Below the pieces are notes generated by a model, which was given only the letters and a program-made list of their open reading frames with translations, was not told the DNA's origin and searched no databases. The translations under genes were made by a program, and so were the position numbers. Of a DNA stretch of 64,000 bases, positions 10,375-19,008 are shown piece by piece. This DNA is from an uncultured Acidobacteriota bacterium (GTDB lineage: Bacteria > Acidobacteriota > Polarisedimenticolia > J045), in assembly GCA_963702425.1 (NCBI GenBank), contig CAVPCQ010000032.1, positions 64,001-128,000 of the forward strand, in the 5' to 3' direction. Numbering within the stretch: the stretch's first letter is position 1; each line of letters begins with the position of its first letter.

Positions 10375-12302
10375 CCGGCCACCTCCGCGTCCGCGAGCGG
10401 CCGCTCGAGCTTGGCGCACTCCGCCTCGGCCGCCGCCCGGAGGTGACGCATCGTGACCGCGCTCTCTTCAGCGGCCGCGAGGAACGCGGCCGAGAGCGCG
10501 ACGTTCCGGATGTTCCCGCCGGGCAGGTTCAGCCGCGCCAGGCGGTCGACGTCCACGCCGTCCTGCGGCAGCTCGCGCGGCAGGACGCGGCGCCAGATCT
10601 CCCGCCGCTCGCCGGCGTCGGGAAACGGGAACTCGACGACGAATCGCAGCCGCCGCATGAACGCCGTGTCGAGTGCGCTCCTGAGATTGGTCGCGAGGAT
10701 CGCGATCCCCTCGTACTGCTCCATCCGCTGGAGCAGGTAGCTGACCTCGACGTTGGCGTAGCGGTCGTGGGAGTCCTTGACCTCCGAGCGCTTGCCGAAC
10801 AGCGCGTCGGCTTCGTCGAAGAAGAGTACCGTTCCGCTCCCCTCGGCGGCGTCGAACACGCGCCTGAGGTTCTTCTCCGTCTCGCCGATGTACTTGCTGA
10901 CCACCGCGGAGAGGTCGACCTGGTAGAGCTCGAGTCCCAGCTCGCCCGCGAGCACTTCGGCCGCCATCGTCTTGCCGGTCCCGCTCGCCCCGGTGAAGAG
11001 CGCCGAGATCCCGAGCCCGCGGCCGGAACGGCGCGCGAAGCCCCAGCGCTCGTGGACCCGCCAGCGGTGATGCGCCTGATCGGCGATCGCGCGGAGCTGC
11101 CGCTTGTGGCGCGCCGCGAGCACGAGGTCGTCCCAGCCTGCGCACGGCACGATGCGCCGTGCGAGGCCGCCGAAGTCGCCGAGCGCGCGCCGGCTGGCGT
11201 CGCGGCACGCCGCGGCCAGAAGCTCGCGGGCACTGTCGCCGGTCGCATCGCCGAGCGACCCGGCGATCGCGCCGATCTCCGCCGCGCGGAGTCGAAAGCT
11301 GCACGCCAGGCGCCCGAGCTCATCGTCGCTCCACTCGGCGTGCGGGGCGAGTGCCGCCCGCCACAGTTCGTGCGCCTCGGTGGGGGTCGGCGTCGGCACC
11401 GCGAAGGCGGGCACCCCGTCCGCCTCGGACGGCCGCGCCCCCGCGTGCCCGAGCAGGATCGGGACGCCGTCGCTCGCGACGCGGCACGCGAGCGCCGCGG
11501 CCTCCGGGGCGTCCGACTCGATCAGGAGCAGCCGCCCGCGCAGGCGGGCCTCGCGCTGCCAGCGGGCCCCGAGCTCCGAGCGCTCGTGCGCGAGCGCGGG
11601 CACCGCCGCCGCGGGAAGCACGAAGGCCTCGCGCCCGAGCGCGGCCGCGGCCGCGAGCGCCAGCGCACGACGGGCAGACGCATCCGTTCCCACCAGCTCG
11701 ACCACCGGCCGAACGCCGGCGAGCGCGTCCACCATCTCGGCCGCCACCGCCCGCTGGCCGGGCGTGAGCGGGACGGCCGGCCTCCATTCCGTGAGCCGAA
11801 CGACGAACGCGGTCAGCCGCTCGTCCTCCGCTGGAGCCCCGGCCAGCCAATGCAGGACCGACTCGTCGAGCCGAAGCTCACGCTCGGTGATTGCCCCCTC
11901 GCCGGCCAGCTCGACGATCCGGTACGCGCGCAGCGGGGCGTCGGGCGAGAGCGCGCTCCAGTGCGGATCCCGCAGCAGCGCGAGCGCGAGGCTGAAGCTC
12001 GGCCAGGGTCTTCCGCCGTTGACGGTCGCGAGCGTGCGGGCGAAGCTCGACGAGAGTTCGCGTCCGGCCGCGAGCAGGACCACTTCCTCCTCGAACGGGG
12101 TGAGGGAGAAAGCTGACACCAGAGTCTCGAGCGCGTCCGGGCGGGGGCGGTCAGGTGCCGTCGTCGGGGCCGTCCCCGCTGCGGCCCCCGGCGCGGCCCC
12201 GTCCAGCGCGGCCGCGCGCTCGATCCGCGCGCGCAGCTCCTCGATCCGCGCGACCAGCTCGCGCTGGTTGGTCTCGACCCGATCCGGGGCCACGGCGCTC
12301 AT
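10368..12302 (-). CDS. AAA+ ATPase (Afp15/Pvc15-like)
   Basis: Walker A GASGTGKT, VVSKYIGETEKNL, Walker B LFFDEAD, DRYANVEVSYLLQ. Confidence 0.92.
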   Translation of the reverse strand: MSAVAPDRVETNQRELVARIEELRARIERAAALDGAAPGAAAGTAPTTAPDRPRPDALETLVSAFSLTPFEEEVVLLAAGRELSSSFARTLATVNGGRPWPSFSLALALLRDPHWSALSPDAPLRAYRIVELAGEGAITERELRLDESVLHWLAGAPAEDERLTAFVVRLTEWRPAVPLTPGQRAVAAEMVDALAGVRPVVELVGTDASARRALALAAAAALGREAFVLPAAAVPALAHERSELGARWQREARLRGRLLLIESDAPEAAALACRVASDGVPILLGHAGARPSEADGVPAFAVPTPTPTEAHELWRAALAPHAEWSDDELGRLACSFRLRAAEIGAIAGSLGDATGDSARELLAAACRDASRRALGDFGGLARRIVPCAGWDDLVLAARHKRQLRAIADQAHHRWRVHERWGFARRSGRGLGISALFTGASGTGKTMAAEVLAGELGLELYQVDLSAVVSKYIGETEKNLRRVFDAAEGSGTVLFFDEADALFGKRSEVKDSHDRYANVEVSYLLQRMEQYEGIAILATNLRSALDTAFMRRLRFVVEFPFPDAGERREIWRRVLPRELPQDGVDVDRLARLNLPGGNIRNVALSAAFLAAAEESAVTMRHLRAAAEAECAKLERPLADAEVAGW

Positions 12303-13552
12303 GTGATCGTCACGCGCGGGCCGGTGAAGGCCTTCTTCAGCGGGTCGGGCTGGACGGCGTCGGACTCGACGGTCAGGGCGCTCTCGGCCCCTTCCACCCT
12401 CAGGCGAACGAGGAACGTCCCGATCGGGAAGTCGGCCGGCACCGTGAACGAGAGCGCGGCCAGGGGCGGCGAGGCGGGCGCGCGCGCCGGCAGTTCGAGC
12501 GAAAGCTCGCCGACGATCAGACGCACGTCCTGGCTCGCCGCGACCGGGGGATCGACGGCGAGCGAGAGCGCCGCGCCGCGCGCGACGCTCGCCGGCACGC
12601 CGGAGATCACCGGGACGAGCATGAACGGGAGGACGTTCGACTCCCACGCGCGATGCGGATCGGAGGGGGTGCCGAACGCCACCTCGTGCACGACCTGGAT
12701 CGTCAACAGGCCCGCCGGGAGACCCGCCGGCACGCCGATCGTCAGCTCGCTCTCCGTGGCGCTCGAGGGCGTGACGAGCGTCCCGCCGACGTTCACACGC
12801 GTCCCCGCGCCCGCCAGGTTCGTGCCCGCGATCGTCAGCGTGCCGCCCGGCGCCACGATCTGCGGAACGACCTCGTGCAGCACCGGGCGGGCCAGCGGAC
12901 GCGCGACGAGGTTGCGCTCGCGTACGGGGAGCGCGCGCCGCGCCGGGCGCCGCGACTCGATCAGCACGACCGACACGAGATAGCAGGCCGACGGACGCAG
13001 GTTCGTCGAGAAGGCGGTCCAGAGCCGCGAGAGGTCCTCGGTGCCGAGGTACTCGGGAGTGATCTTGAGCTGCTCGACCTGCTCGGCGAGATCCGCCGCG
13101 GCGAGCAGCGGGTACCCCCCCGGGAGCACGTCCGAGCCGTCCACCGGCGGGGTGCCTCCCAGGCTGATCCGGATCCGCTCGCGCGGCAGCGCCGGTGTCT
13201 CGTGCAGGAGCTGCATCGCGTAGCCGAGCAGGATCTCGGCGTGGAACGGCTCCTTGCCGTGGGCCGAGAGCAGATAGTGGAGATCCAGCGCGAGCGGCGG
13301 ATTCGTCATGCGGTTGCCGGAGGGATCACGCGCGGGGAGGGCCTCATTGCGCCAGGCCTGGTTCGGGGAGACGCGGTAGAGAAACAGGTTGAGCTGACTG
13401 CCGTCGGAAGCGGCGGGCTTCACGAGGTCGGGAGCGAGCGCGGTGACCTTGACGGTCCCGACCTTCGCGGCGAGGTCGTTGTTGATCACGCCCTCGTTGA
13501 GCAGGTCGCGGAGGACCGCGGTGACGCCGGCCAGCGCGAGCGCGTTGCTCAC
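12299..13552 (-). CDS. DUF4255 / Afp16-like cap (tail terminator) with C-terminal IPT/TIG-like extension
   Basis: MSNALALAGVTAVLRDLL, LNLFLYRVSPN, PPLALDLHYLLSA, LSRLWTAF, RPSACY; then the Ig-like segment PGGTLTIAGTNLAG. Confidence 0.88.
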   Translation of the reverse strand: MSNALALAGVTAVLRDLLNEGVINNDLAAKVGTVKVTALAPDLVKPAASDGSQLNLFLYRVSPNQAWRNEALPARDPSGNRMTNPPLALDLHYLLSAHGKEPFHAEILLGYAMQLLHETPALPRERIRISLGGTPPVDGSDVLPGGYPLLAAADLAEQVEQLKITPEYLGTEDLSRLWTAFSTNLRPSACYLVSVVLIESRRPARRALPVRERNLVARPLARPVLHEVVPQIVAPGGTLTIAGTNLAGAGTRVNVGGTLVTPSSATESELTIGVPAGLPAGLLTIQVVHEVAFGTPSDPHRAWESNVLPFMLVPVISGVPASVARGAALSLAVDPPVAASQDVRLIVGELSLELPARAPASPPLAALSFTVPADFPIGTFLVRLRVEGAESALTVESDAVQPDPLKKAFTGPRVTIT

Positions 13553-14268
13553 CGTCCACTCCTTTCCTTCAGGTACTGCTCGAGTGGCATCGCGCCCGGG
13601 CGGCGCGCGGGGGGCGTGGCCCGGGCCGCGGGGGGCTCGTAGACGGCGCGGACGTCGACGCGCCCGATCGTCACCTGCACCGCGCGGGACCCGGCGCCGC
13701 CTGCATCGAGGCCGAAGCGTTCACGCCGCGCGGCGGGGCTGCGCAGGATGGCCGTGGGGATCGGAAGCGGCCGGCCCATGCTCATCGGGGGCTCCGCGGA
13801 AAGCGCAGCGGCCGCGGCGGGAACCCACTGCGCGTCGTGTGGGGTCGTCGCTGGATGCGGGTTGCGCGGGGCCGCGGGCGACGCGGCCGGCGATGGCGCG
13901 GCGGGCGGCTCGCCGGTCAGGTGGGCCGGGACCGCGAGTTCCGGCGTGCTTCGCGGGGCGTCCACCGGACGGTCGGGGGCCGACGAGCGTTCCGGTTGAG
14001 CGGCCCCGCGCGGTCGCGGTGCGACCCCGCGCGGCGGCGTGCCGATCGCGACCTGGGGCGCATCGCTCGACGTGGAGGCCTCGGGAGGGATTGCCGGCGG
14101 AACGGCCCGCGTTCTGATGTGGGCTCGCTCCGACGGATCATCGGCGCCCGCCGCGAGCCCGGAGCGATCCGCCTCCTGCCACGACGCCTCGAACGGCGTG
14201 AGCCGCCGGGGCCGGATCTCCGGCTCCCGGCCGATCGCTCGATCGCCCAGCCGCGTGAGAGCGCTCAT
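13549..14268 (-). CDS. Pro/Ala-rich hypothetical eCIS protein
   Basis: Low-complexity middle, C-terminal VQVTIGRVDVRA...LEQYLKER; 4-nt overlaps with both neighbours. Confidence 0.65.
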   Translation of the reverse strand: MSALTRLGDRAIGREPEIRPRRLTPFEASWQEADRSGLAAGADDPSERAHIRTRAVPPAIPPEASTSSDAPQVAIGTPPRGVAPRPRGAAQPERSSAPDRPVDAPRSTPELAVPAHLTGEPPAAPSPAASPAAPRNPHPATTPHDAQWVPAAAAALSAEPPMSMGRPLPIPTAILRSPAARRERFGLDAGGAGSRAVQVTIGRVDVRAVYEPPAARATPPARRPGAMPLEQYLKERSGR

Positions 14269-15011
14269 GCGCGGAGCCGCTCCAGGTAGTAGCGGCGCCG
14301 GGTCGGGGCCAGCGCGAGGATCGTCTCCTCGCTCCAGCCGTATCCCGACGCGATGACGTGCACTTCGTCGAGCAGCCGCGCCGCCCAGGCCGACAGCTCC
14401 GACCAGAAGAAGGTGCCCAGATCGAAAGCCTCGCCCCAGCGGTGCCCGCACGCCGGACAGTCGAGTTCGAGGACCTCGTTCAGCCACGGGTCGGCCGCGG
14501 CCATCCGCTCTGCGAGGGCCTCGAGGACGGGAGACGGGAGCTCGGCGGCGGCGAGCTCCCGATCCCTCTCGTCGCGCGCCTCGAGCACGCAGCGCTCCAC
14601 CACCGCGCGCCCCGCGCCGGACTCGTCCTGCAGCGTCCCGGCGGCGAGCAGGTCGGAGGTGTTCGGCAGCCGGAACGCGACGTGGCACTCCCCCACGGTT
14701 GCGGTGAAGCGCGCGTCCGGCGGCGGGGGAACGTCGGAGGCCTCGAGGACGTCCAGGTCGAGAGAGAACTCGAGCCGCTCGCCGCACGCGGGGCAGCGGG
14801 TCTCCGCGTCGGCGCGTCCGCCCAGCGCGCGCCGCCGCAGCTCCGCCAGCCGGCGATCGCGCTCGCCCAGCGGAAGCGACGCGAGCCGGCCGGGCGGCTC
14901 CCCCAGCGCCGTTTCGAGCAGCGCGAGCGGCCGCCCCGCCGGCCCCTCGGTGAGGCCACGCTCCCACGCCGCGAGCAGCGTCCCGGCGCCGATGGGAGCG
15001 GAGAGACTCAC
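14265..15011 (-). CDS. T4 gp26/gp51-like baseplate hub assembly chaperone
   Basis: Two CPACG motifs, FRLPNT, ADP, EVHVIASGYGWSEETILAL. Confidence 0.8.
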   Translation of the reverse strand: MSLSAPIGAGTLLAAWERGLTEGPAGRPLALLETALGEPPGRLASLPLGERDRRLAELRRRALGGRADAETRCPACGERLEFSLDLDVLEASDVPPPPDARFTATVGECHVAFRLPNTSDLLAAGTLQDESGAGRAVVERCVLEARDERDRELAAAELPSPVLEALAERMAAADPWLNEVLELDCPACGHRWGEAFDLGTFFWSELSAWAARLLDEVHVIASGYGWSEETILALAPTRRRYYLERLRA

Positions 15012-15535
15012 GCCACCGGCTCGGTGAAGCTCGGCTCGGCGGGCTCCGAGACCTCGTAGTCGCGCTCCCAGCCCTCGTTCTCGAGCTTGATCGACTGGAT
15101 CAGGACCGCGTTGGCGTTGGCGTCGAGGTCGGCCTGGGACTGGAACTCCGAGACCCAGCAGCGATAGATCTTGTAGGTCGTCACGAGCTGCCCGGCCTCG
15201 TTGTAGAGCTCGACCAGGATGTCCTTCCGGAAGTCCTTGAGCGACACCTCGGACCCCAGGCCGGAGCCGTAGTTCCAGACCTTGTTGGCCCACTTCTCGA
15301 ATTCGGTGTCGTGGGTGACGCCGCGCTCGAGGGTGATCGCCTCGTACTCGGTCCGGCCGGGCGACTTGCGCGAGCTGGACGGGTCGCCCCCCTCGCGGTG
15401 CTTCACGACCTCGGTGGTGCGCTTGAGCGCGCTCACCTTGCTCACGCCCGCGACGTAGCGTCCGTCCCACTTCACGCGGAACTTGAAGTTCTTGTACGGA
15501 TCGAAGCGCTGCGGGTTGACGGTGAACTGTGCCAT
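15008..15535 (-). CDS. tail tube protein (T4 gp19-like)
   Basis: RFDPYKNFKFRVKW, REGGDP, PGRTEYEAITLERG. Confidence 0.93.
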   Translation of the reverse strand: MAQFTVNPQRFDPYKNFKFRVKWDGRYVAGVSKVSALKRTTEVVKHREGGDPSSSRKSPGRTEYEAITLERGVTHDTEFEKWANKVWNYGSGLGSEVSLKDFRKDILVELYNEAGQLVTTYKIYRCWVSEFQSQADLDANANAVLIQSIKLENEGWERDYEVSEPAEPSFTEPVA

Positions 15536-15560
15536 GATCTTCTCCTTCGGCAGGGCCGGC

Positions 15561-17162
15561 TCACGCCTGCGTCTGGCCCGCGAGCTGCTGGATCCTGATT
15601 ACGACGAATTCCGCCGGCTTGAGCGGAGCGAAGCCGACGAGGATGTTGACGATCCCGCGGTTCACGTCGTCCTGGGTCGTCGTCTCGCGGTCGCACTTGA
15701 CGAGGTACGCCTCGCGCGGCGTGGTGCCCTGGAACGCACCCTGGCGGAACAGCGAGTGCATGAACGCGCCGACGTTGAGGCGGATCTGGGCCCACAGCGG
15801 CTCGTCGTTGGGCTCGAACACCACCCACTGCGTGCCGCGGTAGAGCGACTCCTCCAGGAACAGGGCGAGCCGCCGGACCGGGACGTACTTGTACTCGTCC
15901 GCCAGCAGGTCGGCGCCGCGCATCGTGCGCGCTCCCCACACCACGTGCCCGGCCAGCGGGAAGGTGCGCAGGCAGTTGATCCCGAGCGGATTGAGCATCC
16001 CGTTCTCCGGATCGGTGAGCGTGACCGCCAGCCCGGCCGGCCCGTTGACCGCGGCGTCGAGCCCCGCCGGCGCCTTCCACACCCCGCGCTGCTCGTCGGT
16101 TCGCGCCATCACGCCGGCCACCAGGCCGCACGGCACGAAGGTGTCGAGCTGCCCCTCGCGCAGCGGATCGCGCGCCTTGACCCGCGGGAAGTAGACCGCG
16201 GCGTTGCGGGCCATGACGCCCGACAGGCCGAGCGCGGTCAGCGCGGCATTGTTGTTCTTCGTGATCTCGTTGGCACTGGTCCACGCGACCGGCGGGTCCA
16301 CGATCAGCATCGCACGCCGATCGACGCAGAACTTGAGGGCGGCCTTGTAGACATCAGCAGGTGTGTCCCCGCCGCGGGTGTCGGCCGGGATGCAGAGCAG
16401 GTTGAAGAGGTCGGTCTTCTTGAGCGCGTAGAGCGCCGTCTTGTCCCCCTCGCTGCCCGTGAAATCGGCCGTCACGAGGGCGGCGCTGTCGACCGCCTTG
16501 TCCGGGTCGGCGACGCCGGTCGAGGCGTTGGCATCCTCCCAGACCGTCTTCCCCGCCGCGGGTGCCGGGTGCGCCGCGGGAGCAGTCGCCGCCGGCAGCG
16601 CGGTCGAGACCCTGACGAGCTGCGATTCGGCTTTCAGCACGCGGTCGGCGCGCCGGGCGCTCTCCTTGGTCGTCAGGTTGAAGAAGACCTCCTCGGCCCC
16701 GTTCGCCATGTCGCGGACCCGGAGATTGAAGATGTCGGTCGTCGCGACCCCCAGGCGCGTCGCGATCTCCGCGGCCGCGCCCGCGTCGACCGCCTCGACG
16801 CGCGCCCGGAGCGTGTTGCCCCACGCTCCCGCCGAGGCCGCCTCGAGGTTGAAGTTCGTGATCTTGACCGGGGCCTTCTCGTTGCCGGCCGCGGGCTTCT
16901 TGTAGAGCCTCACGATCACGGCCTTGGAGCCGCCGTTGAGGTAGAAGTCGCGAACCGCGTAGCTCAGCGGGAAGTCGACGGCGAGCTTGCCGAATGCGCG
17001 CTCGAAGTCCGCAAAGCTGTTGATGATCACCGGCTCGTTGACCTCGCCCTTGAGGGCGCGGCCCAGGAACGCGGTGATCGAGGTCGCGACGCCGGTGAGC
17101 GTGCGCACACCGCTCGGCACTTCCTCGATGTAGACCCCCGGGTACGTCAGGTTCGATGGCAT
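15561..17162 (-). CDS. contractile tail sheath protein
   Basis: TYPGVYIEEV, GVWKAPAG, WGARTM, YVPVRR, VFEPNDEPLW, PLKPAEFVVIRI. Confidence 0.95.
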   Translation of the reverse strand: MPSNLTYPGVYIEEVPSGVRTLTGVATSITAFLGRALKGEVNEPVIINSFADFERAFGKLAVDFPLSYAVRDFYLNGGSKAVIVRLYKKPAAGNEKAPVKITNFNLEAASAGAWGNTLRARVEAVDAGAAAEIATRLGVATTDIFNLRVRDMANGAEEVFFNLTTKESARRADRVLKAESQLVRVSTALPAATAPAAHPAPAAGKTVWEDANASTGVADPDKAVDSAALVTADFTGSEGDKTALYALKKTDLFNLLCIPADTRGGDTPADVYKAALKFCVDRRAMLIVDPPVAWTSANEITKNNNAALTALGLSGVMARNAAVYFPRVKARDPLREGQLDTFVPCGLVAGVMARTDEQRGVWKAPAGLDAAVNGPAGLAVTLTDPENGMLNPLGINCLRTFPLAGHVVWGARTMRGADLLADEYKYVPVRRLALFLEESLYRGTQWVVFEPNDEPLWAQIRLNVGAFMHSLFRQGAFQGTTPREAYLVKCDRETTTQDDVNRGIVNILVGFAPLKPAEFVVIRIQQLAGQTQA

Positions 17163-17225
17163 GTCCGGCTCCTTGTCTCGTGAACTCCGGTGTGTGCACG
17201 TCCGCGGGGTCGCGGCGTCACGCGT

Positions 17226-17483
17226 TCAGCCAACTCGGTTCGGCCCGCGGTGCGCCGCCCCGTAGATCGCGATGCCGTCGGACAGTCGCTTCTGCGTCAC
17301 CACCCCGTCCGCGATCAGCAGCTCGAGCGCGTGACGCACCGCGTCCGTCGACGCCTCCACCTCCCCCGTGGAGATCCACCAGCGCTGCACCCCCGGGAGG
17401 CTGTCGGAGGCATTCGGGTGGGCGGCGAGGTAGGCCCGGATCGCGGTCGCGATCTGATGGACGGCGGGCGGCTCGAGCACCAT
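17226..17483 (-). CDS. small winged-helix-like hypothetical protein
   Basis: IRAYLAAHPNASDSLPGVQRWWI...VRHALELLIADGVV; GAGGG RBS; first gene after the sigma54 promoter. Confidence 0.65.
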   Translation of the reverse strand: MVLEPPAVHQIATAIRAYLAAHPNASDSLPGVQRWWISTGEVEASTDAVRHALELLIADGVVTQKRLSDGIAIYGAAHRGPNRVG

Positions 17484-17517
17484 CGGGGGGTCCCTCACTG
17501 CAGAGGGGAATCAAGTA

Positions 17518-17533
17518 AGCAAGTCCTGTGCCG
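17518..17533 (-). promoter_or_regulatory. sigma54 (-24/-12) promoter of the eCIS operon
   Basis: Minus strand CGGCAC-AGGAC-TTGCT, exact GG-N10-GC spacing, about 35 nt upstream of the first operon gene and next to a sigma54 activator. Confidence 0.8.
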
Positions 17534-17723
17534 GGGAGGCGCGGCAGGGACAAGTGACTTGGAATCAGCAGGATCGGGCGGCAGCGGGGAGGAACGGCGG
17601 AGCGGGGTGGGTCGCCTGCGCCTCACCCTGCGGCGGGTCGGGCCTCGAAAGGCCTGCGCCGCGGTCGAGCGGTCCGGGGCGCCATTGCCCGGGGGTGGGT
17701 CGAATCCGACCCACGGCGGCGGA

Positions 17724-18731
17724 TCAACTGAGCTCGGGCCGGTATTCCGCGCGGTCGAAGCCGTGCTTCTTGAGCAGGCGGCCCAGCGCTCGCCGCTCCT
17801 TCCCGCTGCGCCGCGCGGCGGCCGACACGTTTCCGTTGGTCTCCACGAGGAGCTGCGCGAGATAGGCGCGCTCGAAGTTCGCGATGGCCTGCTCTTTCGC
17901 GATCTTGAACGCCGGAAACGCGCGCGCGTCCCCGCTCGAGCACTGGTCGACGAGAGCGGTCAGGCGCCTGGGATCGAGCGCGGAGGCCGGGATCTCGAAC
18001 TCCGGGCCGTCGGCCAGCAGGAACTCGCGATGGACGAGGTTCTCGAGCTCCCGCACGTTGCCGGGCCAGTCGTAGCGAAGGAGGCGATCCCGCGACGCCG
18101 CACCGAGCGTCTTCTGCGGCTGGCCGTACTGGCGCGCGAAGCGCCTCGTGAAGTGCTCGACGAGCAGCGGGACGTCCGACCGACGCTCGCGCAGGGGCGG
18201 CATCTCGAGCCCCATGATGTTGAGCCGGAACTGGAGGTCCTGGCGAAACGACCGGCACCGCACCAGCTCTGAGAGGTCCGCATTGCTCGCGGCGATGACC
18301 CGCACGTTTGCAACCAGAGTCTGCCGCCCCCCGAGCGGCCGATAGTGCCGGTCCTGGAGGAATCTCAGCAGCGCAACCTGGGCTCGAGGCGAGAGCGTCT
18401 CGACTTCGTCGAGGAACAGCGTCCCGCCCTCGGCATCGGCGATGACTCCCGAGCGAGTGTCGTGGGCATCCGTGTACGCCCCCGAAGCGTGACCGAACAG
18501 CTCGTTCTCGACGAGGCTGTCCGGAATCGCCCCGCAGTTGACGGGTATGAACGCGAAGTCGCGTCGCGACCCGAGGTAGTGGATCGCGCGCGCCGCGAGC
18601 TCCTTGCCGGTCCCCGTCTCCCCGCACACGAGGACGGTCGCGTCGCACTCTGCATAGCGCCGGATCAGCGCGAGGCAGCGCTCGAAGCTCGGCGAGCAGC
18701 CGACAAGGTTCAGGGTCTCCAACGCCGCCAT
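17724..18731 (-). CDS. sigma54-dependent transcriptional activator (AAA+ + HTH, no N-terminal sensor)
   Basis: GETGTGKE, ENELFGH, GAYTDA (GAFTGA variant), GGTLFLDEVE, FRQDLQFRLN, WPGNVRELEN, C-terminal Fis-type HTH. Confidence 0.9.
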   Translation of the reverse strand: MAALETLNLVGCSPSFERCLALIRRYAECDATVLVCGETGTGKELAARAIHYLGSRRDFAFIPVNCGAIPDSLVENELFGHASGAYTDAHDTRSGVIADAEGGTLFLDEVETLSPRAQVALLRFLQDRHYRPLGGRQTLVANVRVIAASNADLSELVRCRSFRQDLQFRLNIMGLEMPPLRERRSDVPLLVEHFTRRFARQYGQPQKTLGAASRDRLLRYDWPGNVRELENLVHREFLLADGPEFEIPASALDPRRLTALVDQCSSGDARAFPAFKIAKEQAIANFERAYLAQLLVETNGNVSAAARRSGKERRALGRLLKKHGFDRAEYRPELS

Positions 18732-19008
18732 CACGGGCCTCCCCCAGGGCATCGACCGGGCCGTCGGGCTGGAACGGCAGGGCACGATCGTTGCGTATGG
18801 GTGATTCAGCGCCGTTTCCTGTAGTGCGTGAGGCTAGCACGGAAGGGCGCGCGGCGAGCCGGGACGGTCGTCGTTCCGGCGATCGAGCGGTCGTTTACGG
18901 GGGGTTGGCGGCGCGACTGCGGCGCGCCCCACCCAGGGAAACATTATCGAGAGGTAAGGCGCCTTCTCCTCGGAGGCGGCATCGTCGTCGGACGGGACGA
19001 CGGGACCG

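Noticed and set aside
1-17162. Prophage or T6SS interpretation of the tail genes
   Set aside because: No capsid, portal, terminase, integrase or TssJLM/ClpV in the window; DUF4255, Afp15-like ATPase and DUF4157 point to eCIS.
74-17183. Many long plus-strand ORFs (for example 74..2299, 9840..12116, 15483..17183)
   Set aside because: Arg/Gly/Ala-rich shadow frames antisense to well-supported eCIS genes; expected at this GC content.
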